Shown: positions 1 to 13,940, counted from the stretch's first letter. The stretch: DNA of 64,000 nt from Octopus vulgaris (GCA_951406725.2 OX597816.1:114700001-114764000), one strand, 5' to 3'. The notes: generated by a model not told the origin, from the letters alone. Numbers and translations: made by a program.

Positions 1-35
1 GTTTTAAAAAATCCTATTATATTTTTATTATTAAA

Positions 36-430
36 CTAGCAGTATCGCCCGGCGTTGCTCGGGTTTGTAAGGGAAATAACTATATAAGCATTTTTAGAGA
101 GTTATAGCCAAAAAATAGCAAAAAAATGCATTAAAAATGGAAAAAAAATTATGGTAAATTTTTTTAAATCGTTGACTCATCGTAGACATTTTTAGAGAGT
201 TACTTCCTTATATAATAGCGAAAAAATGCATTAAAATGGAAAAAAATGATGGTAAATTATTTTTAAAATCGTAGACTCATCGTAGACGCGCGCTAATACC
301 AAGAAGGGCTCGATATGAATCACGACTATAAGATACCCGGTTTTGGTTAAATTGCACTGCAAAATGTGGGAGTAGTTAGGAATCTAAATCGTAGGAGACA
401 GACACACAACTTGTCTTTTATATATAAAGA
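36..430 (-). mobile_element. Non-autonomous Helitron-like element
   Basis: On the minus strand it starts TCTTTATATATAAAAG and ends CCCGAGCAACGCCGGG (hairpin)...CTAG, inserted between A and T with no TSD. Contains an internal ~98-bp tandem duplication (89-186 / 187-286). Confidence 0.8.
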
Positions 431-1379
431 TATCATTGGGAATTATATTTAAAAAATTGTTAAAATATTTTGTGTTTTGTATCAGTATAAGCAATTTATT
501 TTTCATAAATTTTAACAAAAACATTTATATGGACCGCCAAGAGCCATATCGATCCCCGTTGAGGGCCACTAATTTAAGTTTGTTGATGTATGGGTCGCGT
601 TTGTGATGGAATTAAATATTATCGTGAGCAAGACGTTAAATTGCATCAGGTAGTGAGGCCCCAGCTCTGAAGTCCAGGTGTTTAGAGGAGTGTGGAATTA
701 CCCTTTAGTTACCACTGCTCCTAATTCTCTTCTGGTTCAGAGAGGTTGTACCTGTCGAAGGCGTCAGTTATGGGTCAACTATTCATTTTATACATCTCGG
801 AAGCATGAATGCTGAAGTAGACACAAGCAGGATTTTAACTCAAAACCTAAAAACCCATAACTATATACCACAATTCATTTTGTCCAATTCTCTGTCATGC
901 TTGCCAGCCATCTCACCATTTTCACATATAACTTTAAGAAAGAGAAGATGGAGAAAGTTCTTATTAGATATTTTAAAAGATCGCGGCTGTCACAGCAACG
1001 TATTTTAACAAATATATAATTATTATAGTCAACAGTTACAAATATCTTCTCTAAATTCAACGAACACCGCTCAAGCATATTGCCTACAGTCAAGAGCACT
1101 AGAAATATTTGTAGGAATTTTAATTAGCACCTGCTCTATTGAAGATAAAATAGGAAATTCATAGGAAATCGCGAACAATAAATGGCATCAGAAAATGGCT
1201 TAACGCTTCAAAAATATTTTTATGTTGTTATAATTTACAATGACTAAGGCGTTTGATCTGTGACCATAAAATTTATATAGATAATTTTATAATAAAAAAA
1301 AGAAGTTATATATATATGAAATTTTATGAAAAAAGTATTATCATTAGAGGACAAGAATCCGGTTACAGACGTTAGGTAT

Positions 1380-1764
1380 GTAATGTATGTATGCATGCAT
1401 GTATGTATGTATGTATGCATGCATGCTTACGGGCACATGTATGAATGAATGGATGGATTGATATGCGTATGTTTTTGCGTGCGCGCACGTGTGTTTATAA
1501 CTTGGCAATTTGATATGATTAGGGGACTATTTAAAGTTGTTATACATTTACGCACGCACAAATACATACATACTTACATATATAGAGATGCGTATACATA
1601 TATACATACATGCATACATATACAGAGATGTGTATACATATATACATACATGCATACATATACATATATATATACATATATACATACATATATATACATA
1701 TATACATACATATATACATACCTATATATACATACATACATACATACATACATACATACATACA

Positions 1765-1840
<76 letters not shown>
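1380..1840. repeat. (TATG/TACA)n and (TA)n microsatellite complex
   Basis: Directly visible simple repeats; these generate the YIHT/MYVC ORFs. Confidence 0.97.
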
Positions 1841-1843
<3 letters not shown>

Positions 1844-2259
1844 ATGTATCGTATGTTTATGGGTGGCTTGTGATAACAGGATATTGAATCAGAGTACCTG
1901 TGTACCAAAAATTATCTATTTTCAATAAGGAAAACTGCCCAACGTATTAACGTGTATATATAAAGTTGGAAGCTTAATAAAATAAGCAGGGTAGAGTAGG
2001 GGTGAGTGTGTATGTTGGTTACCAATGATTTGGATATTGAAAAAGCGGTGAGAGAGAGAGAAAGAGAGAGGCGGAAGAGGAGGAAGGAATGGCACCGAGT
2101 TAAGATGTGATATATTTGTTAAATTTCTTGAATAATTAGTATCAATGTTATATCTATGAAGGGGTAATTGATCTTACAAACTTCCCGACAGAGGGGGCAG
2201 AAAAGGAGAAAAGGGGAGGGGGTAGGGTCGTTGGTGACGTAAAAATGTTGCTAGAGTCT

Positions 2260-2726
2260 ATGAATGTGGCGTTGGTGGTGTTGGAGGTGGTTTTTGGTGG
2301 TGTTGGTGGTGGTTTTGGTGATGGTGATGAGGTGGGAATGAGGTCGTGTTAGTGGTGGTGATGAGGGTGGGGTGGTTAGTGATGGTAAACTTAAACCTTA
2401 ACAACGTGAACAAAATCATTATCATCATCATCGTCATAGTCGTCGTCGTCATCATCATCATCATCAGCAGCAGCAGCAGCAGCAATATTATCGTCTTTAA
2501 AAAAAGTCCCCTTGACGTTGATAACAACGATGACGACCATCATAATCATCATCATCATCAACACAACAACAACAAAAAGAACAACAACCATACCACCACC
2601 ATTATCAACATCACCACCACCACCACCACCACTACCACCACCATCACCACCATCCATCATATCGTCATCATCACCACCACCACCCCACCACCACCACTAC
2701 CACCATCCATCACATCATCATCATCG

Positions 2727-2761
<35 letters not shown>

Positions 2762-2845
2762 GTCGTCGTCATCATCATCATCATCATCATCAATATTATC
2801 ATCATCATCGTCAACATCATCATGACCGTTATCATCATTACCAAA
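2260..2845. repeat. Compound trinucleotide repeats (GGT, CAT, CAG, AAC, CAC)
   Basis: Directly visible; ORFs here are homopolymer runs in all frames. Confidence 0.95.
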
Positions 2846-3389
2846 GTTTTTTTTTTTTATAAAAGTAAAAATATCTAGACGTTAAAATGAAGATAAGGAA
2901 AAAGAAAAAATTGGAAAAGATGCAAAAAAAAAAACATTAAAAAATCAAATTATGTGATTTTTTTTTAATATATCGAAAGTGAGGGAGGAAATGATGTTTA
3001 AAAATAGAAAAAAATCCAAAAACTTTTGGTTCCATTTCAAAATTCTTCATGAAAAGAGAAAATGTTTACTGAGAAAAACTAAGAAAAATGTTTTTAAAAA
3101 AAAATCAACTAAACAAGACGTGCGCGTGTGTATATATGGGTGTGTGTATGCGTGTGTGTGTGTGCACGAGTGCGTGTGTGTGTGAGTGTGCTTGTGTATG
3201 TGTGTGCACGCGTGTGTTTGTGTGCGTATGTGGGTATATGCGCATTCAGGTATGTATGTATAGATACATATATATAAATATATAAACGGGTGTTTGTGCG
3301 TGTATGTGTGTGTGTAGGTATATATATATTTCATATATTATATATATATATTAAAGTCTATCTGATAAATATATGCATGTGTATATATT

Positions 3390-3459
<70 letters not shown>

Positions 3460-3570
3460 TAGATAGATATATAAATATACATATATCTATATATAATATG
3501 CAATATGTAATATATATATGTATATGTGTATAAATACATGTTTATGTATATATATATATATATATACACA

Positions 3571-3655
<85 letters not shown>

Positions 3656-3864
3656 ATAAAAAATTTTTTTCTAAAATAAAAGTGAAATGCAAAGCTGTTT
3701 TACATGTTATAGAGAGAGTTAATGACAGCCAGAACTCCAGTCACAATTCATTTGTCATTCCAGCACCACCCTCCCCGCCGCCACTTAAGAATGAGTCACA
3801 CTTGCTGTGGATGCCCGACACCTTTACATTCCACTCCTAACACCTTGTCTGCAGCATTCGCCAT

Positions 3865-5560
3865 TTTCTTCTTTTTCTTCCTTCATCATCATGTTTTCCT
3901 TCTTCTTCTCCCCTTCTTCTTCTTCTTCTTCTTCTTCTTCTTCTTCTTCTTCTTCTTCTTCTTCTTCTTCTTCTTCTTCTTCTTCTTCTTCTTCTTCTTC
4001 TTCTTCTTCTTCTTCTTCTTCTTCTTCTTCTTCTTCTTCTTCTTCTTCTTCTTCTTCTTCTTCTTCTTCTTCTTCTTCTTCTTCTTCTTCTTCTTCTTCT
4101 TCTTCTTCTTCTTCTTCTTCTTCTTCTTCTTCTTCTTCTTCTTCTTCTTCTTCTTCTTCTTCTTCTTCTTCTTCTTCTTCTTCTTCTTCTTCTTCTTCTT
4201 CTTCTTCTTCTTCTTCTTCTTCTTCTTCTTCTTCTTCTTCTTCTTCTTCTTCTTCTTTCCCTTCTTCTTCTTCTTCTTCTTCTTCTTCTTCTTCTTCTTC
4301 TTCTTCTTCTTCTTCTTCTTCTTCTTCTTCTCCCTTCTTCTTTTTCTTCTCTTTCTTCTTCTTCTCCCTTCTTCTTTTTCTCCTTTTTCTTCTTCTTCTC
4401 CTCCTCCTTCTTCCTCCTCTTTCCTTTTCTTCTTTCTTTTGCCTTTTCTTCTTTCCTTTCCCCTGCTTTTTTTCTTCTTTCTTTTTCCTTTTCTTCTTCT
4501 TTCTTTTCCCCTTCTTTCTGTTTTTTTCTTCTTTTTCCTTTTCTTCTTTCTTTTCCCCTTCCTTCCTTTTCTTCTTTTTCTTCTCCCCTCCTCCACCTCC
4601 CCTTCTTCTTCTTCTTCTTCTTCTTCTTTCTTTTCTTCCTTCTTTCTTTTCTTCTTCTTCTTCTTCATTCTTCTTTCTTTTCCTTTTCTTCTTTCTTTTC
4701 CCCCTTCTTTTTTCTTCTTATTCTTCGTCTTCTTTCTTTTTCCCCTTCTTTCTTTTTCTTCTTCTTCTTCTTCTTCTTCTTCTTCTTCTTCTTCTTCTTC
4801 TTCTTCCACCACCACCACCACCACCACCACATCTCCTTCCCCCCTCCCCTCCTCCACCTCTTCTTGTTTTTGCTCTCTGTCCTTGTCCTTCTCTTTTCGT
4901 TTTTGTTGTTGTTTTGGTTGTTCTTCCTCCTCCTCTTGCTTTTTTTCTTCTTGTATTTTCTTATCCACCCAATATCCCACCACCAAAACCATCACCACCA
5001 CTGCTGCTGCCGCCGTCACCACAATGATGCAGCATCATCATCCTCATCATCCTCATCATCATGAACATCCCTATCAACAACAACAACCTCATAATCCGCC
5101 TCCTCATCATCATCGTCATTATCATCGTCATTATCATCATTATCAAAAACATAATCATGATCATCTTCCTGACCATCATCATCATCATCATCATCGTCGT
5201 CGTCATCGCCGTCGTCGTCATCCTCCCCCTCCTCCTCATCATGATAATCCTGTTCTTGACAATGACTATGATGATCAATATTTTCAAAAAATCTTCATCA
5301 TCATCACCAGCAGCAGCAGCAACAGCACCACCACCACCACCACCATTGCCGCCGCCGCCGTGTCATGTGGTCATCGACGCCGTTGTCGACGTCACCGTTG
5401 TCATATGTATTTCTTCCTTTTCTTTTCCCTGTCTTCACCCTCTTTCTTTCTTCCTTATCACTCACTCTTTCCCTCTCATCCAAAATCCCCCCCCCCACTC
5501 AACTTCTTCTGACTCCGTCTCTTCAAGCCCCCCTTCCACCACCACCACCACCACCACCTA
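3865..5560. repeat. Very long (TTC)n tract, polypyrimidine region and CAT/CAC repeats
   Basis: About 340 bp of uninterrupted TTC (approx. 3914-4256), followed by degenerate pyrimidine-only sequence to ~4800. Confidence 0.97.
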
Positions 5561-5949
5561 TTTTCTGCAAAAAAATTTTTTCTTTCTTTCTTTCACTTTC
5601 AAACTTCACCTCCAGTCATTATAAAGCAAGTCACAATCCCGAAATAGCGTTTAAAACTTGGTGCAGATGTTTCCTATATAACAATACTTTCTTTTCATTA
5701 AACTTTATATATATACACTGGAAATTATATATTTATATATATATGTGTGTGTGTGTGTGTGTATGTGGATAGATAGATAGATAGACACATAGATAGATAG
5801 ATAGATAGATAGATAGACACGCATATATGTATTATACACATATATACATACACACACTCACATATATATATGTATGCACGCATGTACGTATACATGTGTA
5901 CGTGTGCCAGTGTGTATGTGTATGTAGATTTGTGTGTCTATATCATTAA

Positions 5950-5992
<43 letters not shown>

Positions 5993-6138
5993 CATACATA
6001 TACATCTATTTATCTATATATACATACATATACGTATGTATGTGTACATGTGTGTACTTGTGTATATAGGTAAGTTTGTAGGTATATATCATTATATATA
6101 TATATTATAAATAATATATATATTATATATATAATATA

Positions 6139-6189
<51 letters not shown>

Positions 6190-6200
6190 ATATATATATA

Positions 6201-6231
<31 letters not shown>

Positions 6232-6472
6232 TATGTGTATCGACAACGGTAGTAGTAGCCTCAGTAATAGTAGTAGTAGTAGTCTTAGTAGTAGTAGTAG
6301 TAGTAGTAGTAGCAGTGATGATGGCGTTTTACGATGGCACGGCTGTGGGTTTCGGTTGTGGAGTTTTGGGGAGGACGATTAATACGCATATTTCATATTT
6401 ATCTGAAGCTCAGTGAGAAGGCGGGTGCCTTTCATATATGCCAGGGAAGATAAATACATACGCGTGTATGCA

Positions 6473-6519
<47 letters not shown>

Positions 6520-6644
6520 GAGAGAAAGAGAGAGAGGGGGAAGTTGTGTGTGTGTTTGCGTATAATTGTATGCATGTGTTTGTTGGCATCTGATTATGTG
6601 TATGTTATCTTAATAATTTTAATTCTTTGAATTCTTCCTATAAG

Positions 6645-6706
6645 GAAGTGGTTGGTCTCCTACAAAGAAACAAAGCTTTGTCGCTGGAATTTGGATGATG
6701 ACAACG
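6645..6706 (+). CDS. Weak candidate internal exon (62 nt), product unknown
   Basis: Pyrimidine-rich acceptor ttctttgaattcttcctataag, donor ACG|gtaaag. Two frames are open (KWLVSYKETKLCRWNLDDDN; SGWSPTKKQSFVAGIWMMTT). No recognised homology. Confidence 0.2.
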
Positions 6707-7995
6707 GTAAAGGGTTATATGTTGAATTTTTAGAAAAATATGTTATATACATGTGTGTGTGTGTGTGTGTATGTGAGGAAAGAAACACACTCAGACACAC
6801 GCATGCACGCATACACATGCAGACGCACGTAAAAACCTAGATAGATAATTAGATAAAATAAGTTGGATAGATTCAAACATACATGCATGCGTATCTGAAT
6901 AAATACATATTTATTCCTGTACACACACGAAGACAATCCGTTTTTGATGTTGTACATTTGCGTGTTTGATACGTGTGTGTGTGTGTGTTTTATTCGAATA
7001 AATATTTTGTATTTATTCAGAAAACGCACATTTCGTACAAAGCCATTTGCAAGAAGACTCAATAAAACTGAAAACTATCAGATATGAGAGACAGTATAGG
7101 TTCGTTTAACAAAAAGTAAGGCGCAATTGAAAATAATATGAAGTTGCATATTAAAATACTTACACACACACACACACTCAGAGAATATATTATTTAATCT
7201 CTAGACACATTGTTTCTGCAAGTCTGATATTGACAAAAATCTGAGATCTTATGAAACCCCTGTTAGCTGACTACAAAGTCGACCTTAACAGTTTGTTGGT
7301 GGCTATTATATAGGGTAGTGTTGTTGCATAATGAGGAGTTTTACTGCACTTTTGACTTTGAGAAAACAAAATTTATAAACGTTTATTACCTTTCAAAACT
7401 ATATCACCGAAGTAAATGACCTGTAAATGCATTAAAAACATTATAACATTGTCTGATCACCAGATCACTATTTCAGAAAATTATCGCCGTTCTCTTTGAG
7501 CATATAAAAGGTAAAATTGGCGGGGGGAAAATTAGTAAGTCAAAATAAGCTAAATTTGCCTCTCCAGTTCTCCAAAATCACATTTGAAAACAGACTCATA
7601 CACATTAATATCCATCCTTAGAAATCAGAAAGACCAGAAACGCTACAAAAATATAAATACCTAGGGCAAAAAAAAAAAAAAAAAGACGGTGATGGAAAAA
7701 TGGCACATGATATGAAATTAAAGAAACTCGATTAAATAAACTAAAACTTAACGTGAAATAGCTATAGCTTCCTCACGATCTGCCATAGTGGCTCTCTTTC
7801 TGATATATTTACACACCACGCAGTTAAAGAGAAAAAAATTAATGAAATCAATCATATTTTGAAAATTGAAAATGATCAATGTGGGAAAAATTGACTTGGC
7901 ATCCAATAGAGAAAAGAATATTGATTGGTAAACAGGTATACAACACGTCGTTCGACTTGGAAATCGAACCCACGATCCAGCTATCACGTGTATTA

Positions 7996-8921
7996 CGAGG
8001 TGGTATCAAAACGCTCCTGGACTAGTCCTGTAGCGCGCCAACAGATGGCAACACACGGTTGCGTGCACAGCAAGAGCTAGCAGCGACCTTCACGAAGCAG
8101 TGTGCCGAGTGACATTTCTGTGTTTACTTCGCGAGTTGTAAAATTTGCGTTTTTGTGATCACGTGTATGCTGTAGTCAGCGATTTTTGTTATGGACAGAT
8201 CCTGGAACAAAGAGCCAATGTGAAGTTTTGCGTTAAAATTGGGAAGTCTGCATGAGCGACATTGAGCATGCTTCGACAAGCTTACGGTGGTGAGGCAATG
8301 AGTGAGTCATACGCAATGTTTCGAGTGGCACGGGTGCACGACAGAGCTGCAGATAACTTAAGAACATGCTGGTCGTTTTTTTCTTTTTCGACATCTGCGG
8401 TACTGTGCATCGAGAATTCTTCCCCAGGACCAGACCGTCAGTCGAGAGTTCTACAGCAACGTTTTGACGCGTTTGATGGAGGACATTCGATGAAAAACGA
8501 CCGGATCTGTGGAGTGTGAAGTATTGGATTCTTCAAGACGACAATGCACCCTGTCAACGAGCTCTCCCAACTCATGAGTTTCTCACCAAAAAAAAAACAA
8601 AAACAAAAAAAAAACAAAAATCATGGTATCACTTTCGCACCCACTCTATTCACCAGATTTAGCACCTGCGGACTTCCATCTCTTCCCCCAAGATGAAAAT
8701 GCAACTGTAAGGTCACCGGTTTGACACCGTGGTCAAGATCAAGAGCAAATCGCAGAAAACGGAAAACGGCTTCCAGGCCAGATTCCAAAAGTGGCAGAAA
8801 AGCCGGGACCGGTGTATTGGTGCGCAAGGTGACTATTTCGAAGGAGACAATATTAAAACCTAGGTAAAAATTTATTTTTTATTAAACATAACTAGTCCGG
8901 GAACTTTTTGATATCACCTCG
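7996..8921 (+). mobile_element. Internally deleted mariner (Tc1/mariner) element
   Basis: TIRs CGAGGTGGTATCAAAACGCTCCTGGACTAGT / ACTAGTCCGGGAACTTTTTGATATCACCTCG flanked by TA. Decayed transposase pieces: EQRANVKFCVKIGKS, MLRQAYGGEAMS, DDNAPCQ, YSPDLAPADFHLFPKMK. Confidence 0.9.
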
Positions 8922-9479
8922 TACATCCTAAGAACAAGTCCACGCGCCGTCAAGAATATTGTACATTTACTTAAATATGTGACTCAACTCATAGCTGTTT
9001 AAAAAGTTTTATGGGCCCGTGTGCAAAGCAATGCATTGGAGACCCTACGTATATTTACAGGAAGCAAGCTTCATCATACTTACGTAAAGCATTAGTCCCC
9101 CAAACCTTGTGGGCACCAGGGCAAGTGTCTTGTTGTACCCGTGTCTTAAGACGTTCTGGGTCGACTTTATTTTCACGAATCTTTTCCTATAAGACATATT
9201 TATATAACTTTGTGTACGCACATACATACGCGTATAGGCATAAACACACACACGTATACAAGCACACACATACACACACAAATACATACATTTATACTTA
9301 TATGAATTAGCGAATGTTTGTATTTACAAACAGCGAAAGTACTCAATACATAATATAGAGTTGGGAGCTGAAGCTTGTATATAGTCTGAAATAACGGGAT
9401 AGTCACGGTTGAAATACTTTTGATCATAAGACCCTACGTTGAACTGGTTCTAACCAACAATTAAATTCCGGTAACGTGA

Positions 9480-9640
9480 AGGCGCGGGCATACCTGTGTG
9501 GTTAAGAAGTTCTCTTTGTAACCATATGGTTACTGGTTCAGTCCCACAACGCAGCAATTTCTTCTATAGCCCCGGGCCAGCCATACCTTTTGAGCTGTCT
9601 TGGTAAATGAAAACTGTGTGGAAGCCCTTCGTAATTATGT
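9480..9640 (+). mobile_element. tRNA-headed SINE (family A head), decayed
   Basis: gtgtggttaagaag...ggttcagtcccac A/B-box-like head shared with 11927 and other copies. Confidence 0.7.
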
Positions 9641-9668
9641 GTATGTGTGTGAGTGTGTGTGTATGTAA

Positions 9669-9985
9669 AGGCGCTTGGCTTCGTGGTTAGGGCATTCGGC
9701 TCACAATCGTAAGGTTGTGAGATCGATTCTTGGCGGCGCGTTGTGCCCTTAAGCAAGGCACTTTATTTCACATTGCTCAAGTCCACTCAGCTGCCATAAA
9801 CGAATAGGGGCCTGCATTTCAAAGAATCAGCCTTGTCACATTCTGTGTCACGCTGAACCCCTCCCCCTGATAACTAAGTTAGGGGTACGAGTGCCTGTGG
9901 AGTGCTCGGTGAATTTCACGAGCAAGCTGTTCCATAGATCAGGTCATTTGGAACCATTGTCATCGTAACCGACGGAGTGCCAAGT
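9669..9985 (+). mobile_element. tRNA-headed SINE (family B)
   Basis: A/B-box-like head, ttgtgcccttaagcaaggcacttta core; 3' half aligns with the copy at 42417-42803. Confidence 0.8.
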
Positions 9986-10793
9986 AGTTATGTATGTATG
10001 TATGTATGTATGTATGTATGTATGTATGTATGTATGTATGTATGTATGTATGTATGTATGTATGTATGTATGTATCCTTGTGTTTGTCTCATCACCACTT
10101 GATAACTGGTGTCGGTTTTGTTTACATCCTCCCTGCTTAGCGGTTCGGCGAAAGAATCCGTTAGAAAAAGTACCAAACTTAAAAAGAGAAAAAAAAAAGT
10201 TCTGGGGTCAATTTGTTCGTCTAAAACTCTTTAAGTCGGAGTCCCAGCATAACCACAGTCCAATGACTGAAACAAGAAAATGACAAAGAGTTGTAGCCTA
10301 TGTTATCTTCATAGAATGTGTAAATGTATAGCTATTTGTCAAACAGCAAAAAAAAAAAAATAATAATAATAATAATAATAATCAATAAAATTCTCCGGGG
10401 AGTCAACTTGTTTCTTTATTTCTCATTACTTACGACAAAGCGATCTGCACATTGTATAAGTTCTTTATGGTTTTGCAGTGGCTGAAGTGGTTAAAGTTTT
10501 CCCGTGCGTATCAGAATTAATTTCAAGTCATTGCACAGCCGGGAGTCCTTTGAAATAAATTAAAGGGTGAAAAAAAAAAGGAAAAGAAAAAAACCCCGCT
10601 TCTTCTCGGTTTAACGTTAGTTGAAAGGCTTAATGCTAGATGCTATAGTCAGATTGTTTCGGTCGCTTGTAAGAGTTCTCCTATCCTTGGGAACGGTTAA
10701 TATATATAGCGCATGATACCAAAACAGTTCTTGTTATTCGACCGCGTAGATAATTCTATTACTTACATACTTGCGCATATACATACATAACAC

Positions 10794-10887
<94 letters not shown>

Positions 10888-11252
10888 AATTGAAAAAACA
10901 AGTTTCTTATGATGTGTGTCGAATATAGATGCGGCTGTAAATAATAGCTAATGAATACATTGGGTTAAGAACCATCTTAAGTGGAGCAAAGACGGAAAGA
11001 TAGCTGAGGACTCGAACCAAGAAACTATTTAAATCGGAGAGTTGTGATACCATTGGATGAAAGGGCAACTTTGCGTCTTTTTTTCGTTCGAGGGATTTTT
11101 TTCTCATCCCGAACCATCGTAAATCACACATAAGCACACACACACACTTATGCACACATACACTAGCATATACACACACAATACAGACACAGGGGGGAAT
11201 CAGAAATACTGACTGAAATAATTTTTTTGAAATTAGAAAGCCTTCACTATGA

Positions 11253-11777
11253 GGATCTTTCCCTTTTGAACGGCAGTTTTCAACACAATTTCTAGTTAAC
11301 TAAACACTTTTAAACTTCGTATACTGGTAGAATGTGTCAAAATAAAACATTTTTTTCTCTTTGCTTTCTTGAGAAAATTGTAATTTGTAAGTTTAACGTA
11401 GTTTAATTTTTCGAATTTTAACCAATCCTATGGCCTCTATTGAGCTAAAATCATTTGCTGCGTCTAAAACAGACAACATCCTGTCACTAACCCTAACCCT
11501 AACCCTAGCCCTACATTTTAGCCTCTAACCCTAACTCTAGTGACAGGATGTTGTCTCAGTTTTAGACGCAGCGAATGATTTTAGCTCAATAGTGGCCATA
11601 GGATTGGTTAAAATTCGAAAAATTAAACTACGATAAACTTATAAATTACAATTTTCTCAAGAAAACCAAGAGAAAAAAATGTTTTATTTTGACATATTCT
11701 ACCAGCATACGAAGTTTATAAGTGTTTAGTTAACTAGAAATTGTGCTAAAAAACTGCCGTTCAAAAGGAAAAGATCC
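11253..11777. mobile_element. Palindromic (foldback) MITE with ~235-bp inverted arms and a (CCCTAA)n spacer
   Basis: GGATCTTTCCCTTTTGAACGGCAGTTTT ... AAAACTGCCGTTCAAAAGGAAAAGATCC. Arms are reverse-complementary up to gacaacatcctgtcacta / tagtgacaggatgttgtc. Imperfect 8-bp TSD cactatga / tgctatga. Confidence 0.9.
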
Positions 11778-11926
11778 TGCTATGATAATGAATTTTGAGG
11801 AGCAATCAACAAATCGTGAAACAGTGAATTAACAGACGCCCACTTTATTTTCTGCAACATCAAAAGTAGAGAAGAAATGTTTACATTTTTATAAAATTCA
11901 TCACAACTAAGGTTTTCTTACATCAA

Positions 11927-12304
11927 GGCGCAGGAGTGGCCGTGTGAAGTAGCTTGCTTACCAACTACATGATTCCGGGTTCGGTCCCACTGCGTGGCAC
12001 CTTGGACAAGTGTCTTCTACTATAACCTCCGGCCAACGAAAGCCTTGTGAGTGGATTTGGTAGATGTAAACTGAAAGAAGCCCGTCGTATATATATGTGA
12101 GTGTGTGTGTGTGTGTGTGTTTGTCCCCCTAGCATCGCTTGACAACCGATGCTGGTGTGTTTACGTCTCTGTAACTTAGCGGTTCGGCAAAAATGACCGA
12201 TAGAATAAGTACTAGGCTTACAAATAATAAACCCTGTGGTCGATTTGCTCGATTAAAGACGGTGCTCCAACATGACAGCACTCAAACTACAAACAAATAA
12301 TAGA
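11927..12304 (+). mobile_element. tRNA-headed SINE (family A, full length, internal TG microsatellite)
   Basis: ggcgcaggagtggccgtgtg...ccgggttcggtcccactgcgtggcaccttgg head; tail cttagcggttcggcaaaa...gacagcactc; many homologous copies in the window. Confidence 0.88.
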
Positions 12305-13124
12305 ATATATATATATGTATATATATATAAATTTATATTAATGTATGCGTATGTATGTGTCTGTGCGTGTATGAGTGGATATATATGTAACGGATAAAGA
12401 TTATTTTTGTAACGGTTGAAATTGTTTTGTAACGGCAAGTTGTAGGATATAAAAGATGATCAATGTATGAAGTTTTAAGAAAGTATTTATTTATCGTTAC
12501 GTTGAAAATACTTTGCCTCGTCGGGCAGGTTATACAATCCGAGAGCAAACGAAAGAAAGTTAGATGTAGTAGAATTTTTCTTTGTATAGTTTTGCGTACA
12601 CGTTGTTAGTAGTAATCCACAGATAGCGATAGAATGATGTTGTAAGAGAACAGAATTAAGTTAGAGAAAGTTGTAGGGTCGTGGGACGTTGTCTCACAGT
12701 TGCTGACAGTAAATTTCATTACTCTGTCTGGCTATTGTCTTTGGTAGCTGCCTTGCTTATGGTCATGATTCTAGCAGTCCGTTCCTAATTGACTGAGTTG
12801 TCACGAGCCAACGCACTCAGTTATCACCAAGTGACTATGGTTTTTGCTTGAGGGTTCTTGCTTTTATAACTATCCAGAAGGATAGAAATAACGTTGAGAA
12901 CAATGGGCTTCGTTGGTATCTCTATTCTAGCTTTTAGTGAAGTAGAAGAGGTTATAAGGGTCAAGTGGTGAAGACAATATTTCGGCCTAGCTAAAGGCAT
13001 CTGGCATATGTAAAACTGCTGTCACTGAAAAAATTAATTGTTCTACCGTGAGAAAAGTTCTGTTGAACTGTTACTTGAATTTTGGTTATGGTGGATCGAA
13101 TTCACTTCATGCTTGCAAGATTCA

Positions 13125-13193
<69 letters not shown>

Positions 13194-13325
13194 AATACAA
13201 AATGGGATAAGAACGCAAAACATCCAGACAGGTAGGTGATACAAGAAAAGGACAACAAAACATCCAGATAGACGATACAAAAAAGAGTCAGTCGAGTTCC
13301 AGATTATCTTTGCAATTTCGGCTAG

Positions 13326-13387
<62 letters not shown>

Positions 13388-13602
13388 GCATATATACTCA
13401 TACATATGGACACATGTTTGCATGTTTACACATCTGCATGTATGTGTGATCAAATACTTGAATATGCACCAATTTTAACCTGGAAGACAAATCCAAATTC
13501 ATCTACATAGAGGAGAAAAGCGAAAGCTCAATGCGCGCATATAACGTAAATGTAGCTCGCAACCCCTTACCAACTTGATATGTTTTTGTAGATAAAATCA
13601 TG

Positions 13603-13905
13603 AAGGCGCTTGGCGTAGTTGTCAGGGTGTTGCACTTACGATTACTAAATCGTGGTTTCAATTCTCGGACCGGACTGTCTGTTGTGTTCTTGAACAAAAC
13701 GCTTCATTTCAAGTTGCTCTGCGATCTCTTCGACAGCTGACATGTGGTACATCGCGCACTTGTTTAGGCAACATCGATTTGATAGAGAAAGTTATCTTAT
13801 GTACAGCACAAACATTTGATTACTATTAACAAAACATCTGCGTGAGTTGTTCGGCATGTAATAGCCGAACCCTCATCAGTCATCTACGACAGAAAAGTGT
13901 CCACT
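13603..13905 (+). mobile_element. tRNA-headed SINE (family C)
   Basis: ggcgcttggcgtagttgtc...ggtttcaattctcgg head; body aligns with the minus-strand copy at ~48797-49090. Confidence 0.72.
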
Positions 13906-13940
13906 AGGTAAAATCATATTTTAATATTATCGACCGATGA

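Noticed and set aside
3722-5512. 596-aa ORF (and overlapping 406/377-aa ORFs)
   Set aside because: Poly-F/S/K translations of the (TTC)n tract, open only because the repeat lacks stop codons.
7310-7900. Possible DNA transposon remnant
   Set aside because: Could not identify matching TIRs or a TSD.
10907-11179. 90-aa minus-strand ORF in unique sequence
   Set aside because: Starts in a CA repeat; no recognisable motif or convincing splice sites.
12390-13020. Possible highly decayed Penelope-like ORF on the minus strand (CITCP motif)
   Set aside because: Too degenerate to support by eye; needs a frameshift-aware profile search.
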